The position numbers and the translations under genes were made by a program. The notes beneath the pieces are model-generated. The model had not been told where the DNA came from and did not search any database. It worked only from the letters and a program-made list of their open reading frames with translations. A stretch of 64,000 nucleotides of DNA from Eledone cirrhosa (lineage: Eukaryota), in assembly GCA_964016885.1 (NCBI GenBank), contig OZ024743.1, positions 141,050,001 to 141,114,000 on the forward strand, given 5' to 3'. Shown here piece by piece: positions 13,401 through 27,335 of the stretch (positions are counted from its first letter, which is position 1; every line of letters begins with the position of its first letter).

Positions 13401-16400
13401 ATCACCAAGCCCCAAGCACCAAACACCAAGCACCAAGCACCAAGCACCCAGAACCAAGCCCCAAGCACCAAAGACCAAACACCAAGCACCAAGCACCAAA
13501 CACCAAACACCAAGCACCAAGCACCAAGCACCAAACACCATGCACCAAGCACGAAGCACCAAACACCAAGAACCAAGCACCAAAACACCAAAAACCAAGA
13601 ACCAAGCACCAAAACACCAAAAACCAAGCACCAAGCACTAAACACCAAGCACCAAGCACCAAGCATCAAGCACCAAGCACCAAGCACCAAGCACCAAACA
13701 CCAATCATCAAGCACCAAACAGCAAACACCAAGCACCAAACACCAAACACCAAGCACCAAGCACCAAACACCAAACACCAAACACCAAACAGCAAACACC
13801 AAACAGCAAACACCAAACACCAAACACCAACCAGCAAACACGAAACACCAAACCACAAACACCAAACAGCAAACACCAAACAGCAAACACCAAACACCAA
13901 TCACCAAGCCCCAAGCACCAAACACCAAGCACCAAGCACCAAGCACCCAGAACCAAGCACCAAGCACCAAAGACCAAACACCAAGCACCAAGCACCAAAC
14001 ACCAAACACCAAGCACCAAGCACCAAGCACCAAGCACCAAACACCATGCACCAAGCACGAAGCACCAAACACCAAAAACCAATCACCAAGCACCAAAGAG
14101 CAAACACCAAGCCCCAAGCACCAAACACCAAACACCAAACACCAAACAGCAAACACTAAACACCAAAGACCAAACAGCAAACACCAAACACCAAATATCA
14201 AACACCAAACAGCAAACACCAAACAGCAAACAGCAAACACCAAACACCAACCAGCAAACACCAAACAGCAAACACCAAACAGCAAACGCCAAACAGCAAA
14301 CACAAACACCAAACACCAAACACCAAGCACCAAGCACCAAGCACAAAACACCAAGCACCAAGCGCCAAACACCAAACACCAAGCACCAAGCACCAAGCAC
14401 CAAGCACCAAACACCAAACAGCAAACACCAAACAGCAAACAGCAAACAGCAAACACCAAACACCAAACACCAAGCACCAAACACCAAGCACCAAGCAACA
14501 AGCACCAATCAGCAAGCAGCAAGCACTAAACACCAAACACCAAGCACCAAGCACCATGCACCAAACACCAAGCATGAAGCACCAAGCACCAAACGCCAAG
14601 CACCAAGCAACAAACACCAAGCACCAAGCACCAAGCACCAAGCACCAAACACCAAGCACCAAAGACCAAGCACCAAATACCAAGCACCAAGCACCAAACA
14701 CCAATCACCAAGCCCCAAGCACCAAACACCAAGAATTAAGCACCAATCACTAAACACCAAACACCAAGCACCAAGCACCAAACTCCAAACACCAAACACC
14801 AAGCACCAAGCACCAAATCCCAAGCACCAAACACCAAGCACCAAGCACCAAACACCAAACACCAAGCACCAAGCACCAGACACCAAGCACCAAGCACCAA
14901 GCACCAAGCACCAAAAACCAAGCACCAAGCTCCAAGCACCAAACACCAAGCACCAAACACCAAACACCAAGCACCAAGCACCAAACACCAAGCACCAAGC
15001 GCCAAACACCAAACACCAAGAAGAAAGTACCAAACACCAACCACCAACCACCAAGCACAAAACACCAAGCACCAAGCACCAAACACCAAACACCAAGCCC
15101 CAAGCACCAAACACCAAATACCAAGCACCAAGCACCAAGCACCAAGCACCAAACACCAAGCACCAAGCACCAAGCACCAAACACCAAGCACCAAACACCA
15201 AACACCCAGCACCAAGCACGAAACACCAAGCACCAAGCGCCAAACACCAAACACCAAGCACCAAGCACCAAATACCAAGCACCAAGCACAAAGAACCAAG
15301 CACCAAACACCAAACAGCAAACAGCAAACACCAAACACCAAACCGCAAACACCAAACAGCAAACACCAAACACCAAACAGCAACCAGCAAACACCAAACA
15401 CCAAACACCAAACAGCAAACGCCAAACATCAAACGCAAAACACCAAACGCCAAACAGCAAACGCCAAACACCAAACGCCAAACAGCAAGCACCAAGCACT
15501 AAACACCAAACACCAAGCACCAAACACCAAACACCAAGCACCAAGCACCAAACACCAAACACCAAGCACCAAGCACCAAACACCAAACACCAAGCACCAA
15601 GCACCAAGCACCAAACACCAAGCACCAAGCACCAAGCACCAAACACCAAGCACCAAGCACCAAACACGAAGCACCAAACACCAAGCACCAAGCACCAAGC
15701 ACCAAACACCAAGCACCAAACAGCAAGCACCAAACACCAAGCACCAAGCACCAAAACACCAAAAACCAAGCACCAAGCACTAAACACCAAGCACCAAGCA
15801 CCAAGCATCAAACACCAAGCACCAAGCACCAAGCACCAAACACCAAGCACCAAGCACCAGGCACCAACCCCCAAACACCAAGCATCAAGCACCAAACAGC
15901 AATAACCAAGCACCAAACACCAAGCATCAAGCACCAAGCACCAAGCACCAAGCACCAAACACCAAGCACCAAGCACCAGGCACCAAACACCAAACACCAA
16001 GCACCAAGCACCAAACACCAAACACCAAGCACCAAGCACCAAACACCAAACCACAAACACCAAACAGCAAACACCAAACAGCAAACAGCAAACACCAAAC
16101 ACCAAACAGCAAACGCCAAAAAGCAAATGCCAAACCCCATACGCCAAACAGCAAATGCCAAACCCCAAACGCCAAACAGCAAACGCCAAGCACCAAACAC
16201 CAAACACCAAGCGCCAAGCACCAAACACCAAACACCAAGCACCAATCACCAAACACCAAGCACCAAGCGCCAAACACCAAACACCAAACTCCTAGCACCA
16301 AGCACTAAGCACCAAACACCAAGCACCAAACACCAAGCACCAAGCACCAAGCACCAAGCACCAAACACCAATCACCAAGCCCCACGCACCAAACACCAAG

Positions 16401-19400
16401 CACCAAGCACCAAGCACCCAGAACCAAGCACCAAGCAACAAACACCAAACACCAAGCACCAAGCACCAAATACCAAACACCAAGCACCAAGCAGCAAGCA
16501 CCAAGCACCAAACACCATACACCAAGCACGAAGCACCAAACACCAAAAACCAATCACCAAGCACCAAAGAGCAAACACCAAGCCCCAAGTACCAAACACC
16601 AAACACCAAACACCAAACAGCAAACACTAAACACCAAACTCCAAACAGCAAACACCAAACACCAAATATCAAACACCAACCAGCAAACACCAAACAGCAA
16701 ACACCAAACAGCAAACACCAAACAGCAAACAGAAAACACCAAACACCAACCAGCAAACACCAAGCACCAAACACCAAACAGCAAACGGCAAAAAGCAAAT
16801 GCCAAACCCCATACGCCAAACAGCAAATGCCAAATCCCAAACGCCAAACAGCAAACGCCAAGCGCCAAACACCAAACACCAAGCGCCAAGCACCAAACGC
16901 CAAACACCAAGCACCAAGCACCAAACACCAAACACCAAGCACCAATCACCAAGCACCAAGCACCAATCGCCAAACACCAAACACCAAACTCCTAGCACCA
17001 AGCACCAAGCACCAAACACCAAGCACCAAACACCAAGCACCAAGCACCAAGCACCAAGCACCAAACACCAATCACCAAGCCCCAAGCACCAAATAACAAG
17101 CACCAAGCACCAAGCACCCAGAACCAAGCACCAAGCACCAAGCTCCAAGCACCAAGCACCAAGCACCAAACACCAAACACCAAGCACCAAGCACCAAACA
17201 CCAAGCACCAAGCGCCAAACACCAAACACCAAGAACAAAGTACCAAACACCAAGCACCAACCACCAAGCACAAAACACCAAGCACCAAGCACCAAGCACC
17301 AAACACCAAGCACCAAGCACCAAGCACCAAACACCAAACACCAAGCACCAAGCACCAAGCACCAAGCACCAAACACCAAACAGCAAACACCAAACAGCAA
17401 ACAGCAAACAGCAAACACCAAACACCAAACACCAAGCACCAAACACCAAGCACCAAGCAACAAGCACCAATCAGCAAGCAGCAAGCACTAAACACCAAAC
17501 ACCAAGCACCAAGCACCATGCACCAAACACCAAGCATGAAGCACCAAGCACCAAACGCCAAGCACCAAGCAACAAACACCAAGCACCAAGCACCAAGCAC
17601 CAAGCACCAAACACCAAGCACCAAAGACCAAGCACCAAATACCAAGCACCAAGCACCAAACACCAATCACCAAGCCCCAAGCACCAAACACCAAGAATTA
17701 AGCACCAATCACTAAACACCAAACACCAAGCACCAAGCGCCAAACTCCAAACACCAAACACCAAGCACCAAGCACCAAATCCCAAGCACCAAACACCAAG
17801 CACCAAGCACCAAACACCAAACACCAAGCACCAAGCACCAGACACCAAGCACCAAGCACCAAGCACCAAGCACCAAAAACCAAGCACCAAGCTCCAAGCA
17901 CCAAACACCAAGCACCAAACACCAAACACCAAGCACCAAGCACCAAACACCAAGCACCAAGCGCCAAACACCAAACACCAAGAACAAAGTACCAAACACC
18001 AACCACCAACCACCAAGCACAAAACACCAAGCACCAAGCACCAATCACCAAACACCAAGCACCAAGCACCAAACACCAAACACCAAGCACCAAGCACCAA
18101 ACACCAAACACCAAGCCCCAAGCACCAAACACCAAATACCAAGCACCAAGCACCAAGCACCAAGCACCAAACACCAAGCACCAAACACCAAACACCAAGC
18201 ACCAAGCACGAAACACCAAGCACCAAGCGCCAAACACCAAACACCAAGCACCAAGCACCAAATACCAAGCACCAAGCACAAAGAACCAAGCACCAAACAC
18301 CAAACAGCAAACAGCAAACACCAAACACCAAACACCAAACAGCAAACAGCAAACACCAAACCGCAAACACCAAACAGCAAACACCAAACACCAAACACCA
18401 ACCAGCAAACACCAAACACCAAACACCAAACAGCAAACGCCAAACAGCAAACGCCAAACACCAAACGCCAAACAGCAAGCACCAAGCACTAAACACCAAA
18501 CACCAAGCACCAAACACCATACACCAAGCACCAAGCACCAAACACCAAACACCAAGCACCAAGCACCAAACACCAAACACCAAGCACCAAGCACCAAGCA
18601 CCAAACACCAAGCACCAAGCACCAAGCACCAAACACCAAGCACCAAGCACCAAACACGAAGCACCAAACACCAAGCACCAAGCACCAAGCACCAAACACC
18701 AAGCACCAAACAGCAAGCACCAAACACCAAGCACCAAGCACCAAAACACCAAAAACCAAGCACCAAGCACTAAACACCAAGCACCAAGCACCAAGCATCA
18801 AACACCAAGCACCAAGCACCAAGCACCAAACACCAAGCACCAAGCACCAGGCACCAAGCCCCAAACACCAAGCATCAAGCACCAAACAGCAAACACCAAG
18901 CACCAAACACCAAGCATCAAGCACCAAGCACCAAGCACCAAGCACCAAACACCAAGCACCAAGCACCAGGCACCAAACACCAAACACCAAGCACCAAGCA
19001 CCAAACACCAAACACCAAGCACCAAGCACCAAACACCAAACCACAAACACCAAACAGCAAACACCAAACAGCAAACAGCAAACACCAAACACCAAACAGC
19101 AAACGCCAAAAAGCAAATGCCAAACCCCATACGCCAAACAGCAAATGCCCAACCCCAAACGCCAAACAGCAAACGCCAAGCGCCAAGCACCAAACACCAA
19201 ACACCAAGCACCAATCACCAAACACCAAGCACCAAGCGCCAAACACCAAACACCAAACTCCTAGCACCAAGCACTAAGCACCAAACACCAAGCACCAAAC
19301 ACCAAGCACCAAGCACCAAGCACCAAGCACCAAACACCAATCACCAAGCCCCACGCACCAAACACCAAGCACCAAGCACCAAGCACCCAGAACCAAGCAC

Positions 19401-20300
19401 CAAGCAACAAACACCAAACACCAAGCACCAAGCACCAAACACCAAACACCAAGCACCAAGCAGCAAGCATCAAGCACCAAACACCATACACCAAGCACGA
19501 AGCACCAAACACCAAAAACCAATCACCAAGCACCAAAGAGCAAACACCAAGCCCCAAGTACCAAACACCAAACACCAAACACCAAACAGCAAACACTAAA
19601 CACCAAACTCCAAACAGCAAACACCAAACAGCAAATATCAAACACCAACCAGCAAACACCAAACAGCAAACACCAAACAGCAAACACCAAACAGCAAACA
19701 GAAAACACCAAACACCAACCAGCAAACACTAAGCACCAAACACCAAACAGCAAACGCCAAAAAGCAAATGCCAAACCCCATACGCCAAACAGCAAATGCC
19801 AAATCCCAAACGCCAAACAGCAAACGCCAAGCGCCAAACACCAAACACCAAGCGCCAAGCACCAAACACCAAACTCCAAGCACCAAGCACCAAACACCAA
19901 ACACCAAGCACCAATCACCAAACACCAAGCACCAATCGCCAAACACCAAACACCAAACTCCTAGCACCAAGCACCAAGCACCAAACACCAAGCACCAAAC
20001 ACCAAGCACCAAGCACCAAGCACCAAGCACCAAACACCAATCATCAAGCCCCAAGCACCAAATAACAAGCACCAAGCACCAAGCACCCAGAACCAAGCAC
20101 CAAGCACCAAGCTCCAAGCACCAAGCACCAAGCACCAAACACCAAACACCAAGCACCAAGCACCAAACACCAAGCACCAAGCGCCAAACACCAAACACCA
20201 AGAACAAAGTACCAAACACCAAGCACCAACCACCAAGCACAAAACACCAAGCACCAAGCACCAAGCACCAAACACCAAGCACCAAGCACCAAGCACCAAA
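7480..20300 (+). repeat. Older ~2.96-2.99 kb repeat nested in the 6872-bp unit (about four copies, starting ~7.5, 10.5, 14.4 and 17.3 kb)
   Basis: GAATTAAG at 7861, 10823, 14733 and 17695. ORF offsets: 7684/10646 (2962), 8627/11617 (2990), 9433/12402 (2969), 16554/19523 (2969). Confidence 0.9.
9235..9318 (+). repeat. Variant cassette A (example copy): 12 consecutive non-canonical monomers with an internal 28-bp period
   Basis: CAGCAAA CGCCAAA AAGCAAA TGCCAAA CCCCATA CGCCAAA CAGCAAA TGCCAAA CCCCAAA CGCCAAA CAGCAAA CGCCAAG. Related copies lie near 1380, 1555, 4395, 4570, 9905, 12225, 16107, 16780, 19097, 19747, 25310, 26611 and 42525, with many more in 47570-56490, at 57650 and in 62090-63510. 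Confidence 0.9.
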
Positions 20301-20679
20301 CACCAAACACCATGCACCAAGCACCAAACACCAAATACCAAGCACCAAGCACCAAACACCAAACACCAAACACCAAGCACCAAGCACCAAACACCAAACA
20401 CCAAGCACCAAGCACCAGACACCAAGCACCAAGCACCAAGCACCAATTACCAAACACCAAGCACGAAGCACCAAACACCAAACACCAAGCACCAAGCACC
20501 AAACACCAAATACCAAGCACGAAGCACCAAGCACCAAGCACCAAATAACAAACACCAAGCAACAAGCACCAAACACAAAACACCAAACACCAGGCACCAA
20601 GCACCAAGCACCAAGCACCAAGCAAAAAACACAAAGCACCAAGCAGTAAGGACCAAACACCAAACACCAAACACCAGGC

Positions 20680-23200
20680 ACCAAGCACCAAGCAGCAAGC
20701 ACCAAGCACCAAGCACAAAGCACCAAACACCAAACACCAAGCACTAAGCACCAAACACCAAACACCAAGCACAAAGCACCAAAGAGCAAAAACAAAGCAT
20801 CAAGCACCAAACACCAAACACCAAACACCAAACACCAAACAGCAAACACCAAACAGCAAAAACCAAACAGCAAACAGCAAACACCAAACACCAAACACCA
20901 AGCACCAAGTACCAAGCACCAAACAACAACACCAAGCACCAAGCACCAAACACCACGCACCAAGCACCAAACACCAAACACCAAGCTCCAAGCACCAAAC
21001 ACCAAACACCAAGCACCAAGCAGCAAACACCAATCACCAAGCACCAAGCACCAAACACCAAGCACCAAACACCAAGCACCAATCACCAAACACCAAACAC
21101 CAAGAACCAAGCACCAAACACCAAACACCAAGCACCTAGCACCAAATACCAAGCACCAAGCACCAAGCAACAAACACCAAGCACCAAGCACCAAACACCA
21201 AGCACCAAGCACGAAACACCAAGCACCAAGCACCGAGCACCAAACACCAAGTACCAAGCACCAATCACCAAACACCAAGCACCAAGCACCAAACACCAAA
21301 CACCAAACACCAAGCACCAAGCACCAAACACCAAACACCAAAAACCAAGCACCAAACACCAAATACCAAGCACCAAGCACCAAACACCAAGCACCAAGCA
21401 CCAAGCACAAAACACCAAGCACCAAGCGCTAAACATAAAACACTAAGCACCAAGCACCAAGCACCAAGCACCAAACACCAAACATCAAACACCAATCACC
21501 AAACATCAAACAGCAAACACCAAACACCAAACACCAAACATCAAACAGCAAACAACAAACAACAAATGCCAAACATCAAACGCCAAACACCAAACACCAA
21601 ATAGCAAACACCAAACCGCAAACACCAAACACCAAACAGGAAACACCAAACACCAAACAGCAAACACCAAACAGCAAACACCAAACACCAAGCACCAAGC
21701 ACCAAACACCAAGCACCAAGCACCAAACACCAAAAACCAAGCACCAAGCACTAAACACCAAGCACCAAGCACCGAGCACCAAACACCAAGTACCAAGCAC
21801 CAATCACCAAACACCAAGCACCAAGCACCAAACACCAAACACGAAACACCAAGCACCAGGCACCAAACACCAAACCCCAAGAACCAAGCACCAAAAACCA
21901 AACACCAGGCACCAAGGACCAAGCACCAAGCACCAAGCAAAAAACACAAAGCACCAAACACCAAACACCAGGCACCAAGCACCAAGCAGCAAGCACCAAG
22001 CACAAAGCACAAAGCACCAAACACCAAACACCAAGCACTAAGCACCAAACACCAAACACCAAGCACAAAGCACCAAAGAGCAAAAACAAAGCACCAAGCA
22101 CCAAACACCAAACACCAAACACCAAACACCAAACAGCAAACACCAAACAGCAAACACCAAACAGCAAACAGCAAACACCAAACACCAAACACCAAGCACC
22201 AAGTACCAAGCACCAAACAACAACACCAAGCACCAAGCACCAAACACCAAGCACCAAGCACCAAATACCAAACACCAAGCTCCAAGCACCAAACACCAAA
22301 CACCAAGCACCAAGCAGCAAACACCAATCACCAAGCACCAAGCACCAAACACCAAGCACCAAACACCAAGCACCAATCACCAAACACCAAACACCAAGAA
22401 CCAAGCACCAAACACAAAACACCAAGCACCAAGCACCAAACACCAAGCACCAAGCACCAAGCACCAAACACCAAACACCAAACACCAAGCACCTAGCACC
22501 AAACACCAAGCACCAAGCACCAAGCAACAAACACCAAGCACCAAGCACCAAACACCAAGCACCAAGCACGAAACACCAAGCACCAAGCACCGAGCACCAA
22601 ACACCAAGTACCAAGCACCAATCACCAAACACCAAGCACAAAGCACCAAACACCAAACACCAAACACCAAGCACCAAGCACCAAACACCAAACACCAAGA
22701 ACCAAGCACCAAACACCAAATACCAAGCACCAAGCACCAAACACCAAGCACCAAGCACCAAGCACAAAACACCAAGCACCAAGCGCTAAACATAAAACAC
22801 TAAGCACCAAGCACCAAGCACCAAGCACCAAACACCAAACATCAAACACCAATCACCAAACATCAAACAGCAAACACCAAACACCAAACACCAAACATCA
22901 AACACCAAACAGCAAACAACAAACAACAAATGCCAAACATCAAACGCCAAACACCAAACACCAAATAGCAAACACCAAACCGCAAACACCAAACACCAAA
23001 CAGGAAACACCAAACACCAAACAGCGAACAACAAACAGCAAACACCAAACACCAAGCACCAAGCACCAAGCACAAAAGACCAAGCACCAAGCGCCAAACA
23101 CCAAACACCAAGCACCAAGCACCAAACACCAAGCACCAAACACCAAACACCAATCACCAACCGCCAAACACCAAATACCAAGCACCAAGCACTAAACACC
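20680..23200 (+). repeat. ~1.3-1.36 kb diverged tandem repeat (two copies); family members recur in the 27.9-30 kb region
   Basis: Marker GCGCTAAACATAAAACACTAAG at 21426 and 22783 (offset 1357), and again at 27947 and 29388 (offset 1441). ORF pairs 20744/22038 (1294) and 21265/22622 (1357). Confidence 0.85.
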
Positions 23201-23629
23201 AAGCATCAAGCACCAAGCACCAAACACCAAGCACCAAGCACCAAGCACCAAGCACCAAACACAAAACACCAAGCACCAAACACCAAGCATCAAGCACCAA
23301 GCACCAAACACCAAGCACCAAGCACCAAGCACCAAGCACCAAACACAAAACACCAAGTACCAAGCACCAAGCACCAAACACCAAACACCAAACACCAAGC
23401 ACAAAGCACCAAACACCAAACACCAAGCACCAAGCACCAGACACCAAGCACCAAGCACCAAGCACCAATCACCAAACACCAAACACCAAGCACTAAGCAC
23501 CAAATACCAAACACCAAGCTCCAAGCACCAAACACCAAACACCAAGCACCAAGCACCAAACCTCAATCACCAAGCACCAAGCACCAAACCCCAAGCACCA
23601 AACACCAAGCACCAATCACCAAACACCAA

Positions 23630-24240
23630 ACACCAAGAACCAAGCACCAAACACAAAACACCAAGCACCAAGCACCAAACACCAAGCACCAAGCACCAAG
23701 CACCAAACACCAAGCACCAAGTACCAAACACCAAACACCAAGCACCAAGCACCAAACACCAAACACCAAGCACCAAGCACCAAACACTAAACACCAGGCT
23801 CCAAGCACAAAACACCAAGCACCAAGCACCAAGCACCAAACACCAAACACCAAACACCAAGCACCGAGCACCAAACACCAAGCACCAAGCACCAAGCAAC
23901 AAACAACAAGCACCAAGCACCAAACACCAAGCACCAAGCACCAAGCACCAAGCACCAAACACAAAACACCAAGCACCAAGCACCAAACACCAAGCACCAA
24001 GCACCAAGCACCAAACACCAAGCACCAAGTACCAAACACCAAACACCAAGCACCAAGCACCAAACACCAAACACCAAGCACCAAGCACCAAAAACTAAAC
24101 ACCAGGCTCCAAGCACAAAACACCAAGCACCAAGCACCAAGCACCAAACACCAAACACCAAACACCAAGCACCGAGCACCAAACACCAAGCACCAAGCAC
24201 CAAGCAACAAACAACAAGCACCAAGCACCAAACACAAAGC
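23630..24240 (+). repeat. 308-bp (44-monomer) local tandem duplication
   Basis: ACTAAACACCAGGCTCCAAGCACAAAAC at ~23785 and ~24093. ORF boundaries 23787 and 24095 differ by 308. Confidence 0.8.
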
Positions 24241-24708
24241 ACCAAGCACCAAGCACCAAATACCAAACACCAAGCACCAAGCACCAAGCACCAAGCACCA
24301 AGCACCAGACACGAAGCACGAAGCACCAAACACCAAGCACCAAGCACCACACACCAAACACCAAGCACCAAGCACCAAACACCAAACACCAAACACCAGG
24401 CACCAAGCACCAATCACCAAGCACCAAGCCAAAAACACAATGCACCAAGCACCAAGCACCGAACACCAAACACCAAACACCAGGCACCAAGCACCAAGCA
24501 GCAAGCACCAAGCACCAAGCACCAAGCACCAAACACCAAACACCAAGCACCAAGCACCAAACACCAAACACCAAGCCCAAAGCACCAAAGAGCAAAAACA
24601 AAACACCAAGCACCAAACACCAAACACCAAGCACCAAACACCAAACACCAAGCACCAAGCACTAAACACCAAACACCAAGCAGCAAGCACCAAGCACCAA
24701 ACACCAAT

Positions 24709-27335
24709 CACCAAGCACCAAGCACCAAACACCAAGCACCAAGCACCAAACACCAAACACCAAGTGCCAAACACCAAGCACCAAACACCAAGCACCAAGC
24801 ACCAAGCACCAGACACCAAGCACCAAGCACCAAGCACCAAACACCAAACACCAACCACCAAGTACCAAGCACCAAACACCAAGCACCAATCACCAAACAC
24901 CAAGCACCAAGCACCAAGCACCAAACACCAAGCACCAAGCACTAAACACCAAGCAACAAGCACCAAGCATCAAGCACCAAGCACCAAGCACCAAGCACCA
25001 AACACCAAGCACCAAGCACCAAGCACCAAACACCAAGCACCAAGCACCAAACAGCAAATACCAAGCACCAAACACCAAACACCAAGCACCAAGCACCAAA
25101 CACCAAACACCAAGCACCAAACACCAAGCACCAAGTCCCAAGCACCCAACACCAAGCACCAAGCACCAAACACCAAGCACCAAGCACCAAGCACCATGCA
25201 CCAAACAACAAGCACCAAGCACCAAACAGCAAACACCAAACAGCAAACACCAAACAGCAAACACCAAACAGCAAACACCAAACAGCAAACAGCAAACACC
25301 AAACACCAAACAGCAAACGCCAAAAAGCAAACGCCAAACCCCAAACGCCAAACAGCAAATGCCAAACCCCAAATGCCAAACAGCAAACGCCAAGCACCAA
25401 ACACCAAACACCTAGCACCAAGCACAAAACACCAAACACCAAGCACCAAGCACCAAACACCAAACACCAAACACCAGGCACCAAGCACCAATCACCAAGC
25501 ACCAAGCAAAAAACACAAATCACCAAGCACCAAGCACCAAACACCAAACACCAAACACCAGGCACCAAGCACCAAGCAGCAAGCACCAAGCACCAAGCAC
25601 CAAGCACCAAACACCAAACACCAAGCACTAAGCACCAAACACCAAACACCAAGCACAAAGCACCAAAGAGCAAAAACAAAGCACCAAGCACCAAACACCA
25701 AACACCAAACACCAAACACCAAACAGCAAACACCAAACAGCAAACACCAAACAGCAAACAGCAAACACCAAACACCAAACACCAAGCACCAAGCACCAAG
25801 CACCAAACAACAACACCAAGCACCAAGCACCAAACACCAAGCATGAAGCACCAAACACCAAACACCAAGCTCCAAGCACCAAACACCATACACCAAGCAC
25901 CAAGCACCAAACACCAATCACCAAGCACCAAGCACCAAACCCCAAGCACCAAACACCAAGCACCAATCACCAAACACCAAACACCAAGAACCAAGCACCA
26001 AACACAAAACACCAAGCACCAAGCACCAAACACCAAGCACCAAGCACCAAACACCAAACACCAAGTGCCAAACACCAAGCACCAAACACCAAGCACCAAG
26101 CACCAAGCACCAGACACCAAGCACCAAGCACCAAGCACCAAACACCAAACACCAACCACCAAGTACCAAGCACCAAACACCAAGCACCAATCACCAAACA
26201 CCAAGCACCAAGCACCAAGCACCAAACACCAAGCACCAAGCACTAAACACCAAGCAACAAGCACCAAGCATCAAGCACCAAGCACCAAGCACCAAGCACC
26301 AAACACCAAGCACCAAGCACCAAGCACCAAACACCAAGCACCAAGCACCAAACAGCAAATACCAAGCACCAAACACCAAACACCAAGCACCAAGCACCAA
26401 ACACCAAACACCAAGCACCAAACACCAAGCACCAAGTCCCAAGCACCCAACACCAAGCACCAAGCACCAAACACCAAGCACCAAGCACCAAGCACCATGC
26501 ACCAAACAACAAGCACCAAGCACCAAACAGCAAACACCAAACAGCAAACACCAAACAGCAAACACCAAACAGCAAACACCAAACAGCAAACAGCAAACAC
26601 CAAACACCAAACAGCAAACGCCAAAAAGCAAACGCCAAACCCCAAACGCCAAACAGCAAATGCCAAACCCCAAATGCCAAACAGCAAACGCCAAGCACCA
26701 AACACCAAACACCTAGCACCAAGCACAAAACACCAAACACCAAGCACCAAGCACCAAACACCAAACACCAAACACCAGGCACCAAGCACCAATCACCAAG
26801 CACCAAGCAAAAAACACAAATCACCAAGCACCAAGCACCAAACACCAAACACCAAACACCAGGCACCAAGCACCAAGCAGCAAGCACCAAGCACCAAGCA
26901 CCAAGCACCAAACACCAAACACCAAGCACTAAGCACCAAACACCAAACACCAAGCACAAAGCACCAAAGAGCAAAAACAAAGCACCAAGCACCAAACACC
27001 AAACACCAAACACCAAACACCAAACAGCAAACACCAAACAGCAAACACCAAACAGCAAACAGCAAACACCAAACACCAAACACCAAGCACCAAGCACCAA
27101 GCACCAAACAACAACACCAAGCACCAAGCACCAAACACCAAGCATGAAGCACCAAACACCAAACACCAAGCTCCAAGCACCAAACACCATACACCAAGCA
27201 CCAAGCACCAAACACCAATCACCAAGCACCAAGCACCAAACCCCAAGCACCAAACACCAAGCACCAATCACCAAACACCAAACACCAAGAACCAAGCACC
27301 AAACACAAAACACCAAGCACCAAGCACCAAACACC
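24709..27335 (+). repeat. Near-perfect tandem duplication, period 1301 bp (186 monomers minus 1 nt)
   Basis: CAAGTGCCAAAC at 24761 and 26062. ORF pairs 24890/26191, 24970/26271, 25492/26793 and 25628/26929 have identical translations and an offset of 1301. Confidence 0.95.

Larger units (their letters stand above)
5960..19595 (+). repeat. Tandem higher-order duplication, period 6872 bp (6767 bp before a 105-bp, 15-monomer indel): ~5960-12720 recurs at ~12727-19595
   Basis: ORF pairs 6087/12854 and 6196/12963 are offset by 6767. Pairs 7211/14083, 7637/14509, 9255/16127, 10599/17471, 12045/18917 and 12402/19274 are offset by 6872. Marker GAATTAAG at 7861/14733 and 10823/17695. Confidence 0.96.

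Noticed and set aside
21426-21447. GCGCTAAACATAAAACACTAAG (and GCAATAAAC at 46331, 46870, ~61269) as TATA or polyadenylation signals
   Set aside because: They parse as in-phase mutated monomers (CGCTAAA CATAAAA CACTAAG; CAATAAA), and no transcription unit supports a regulatory role.
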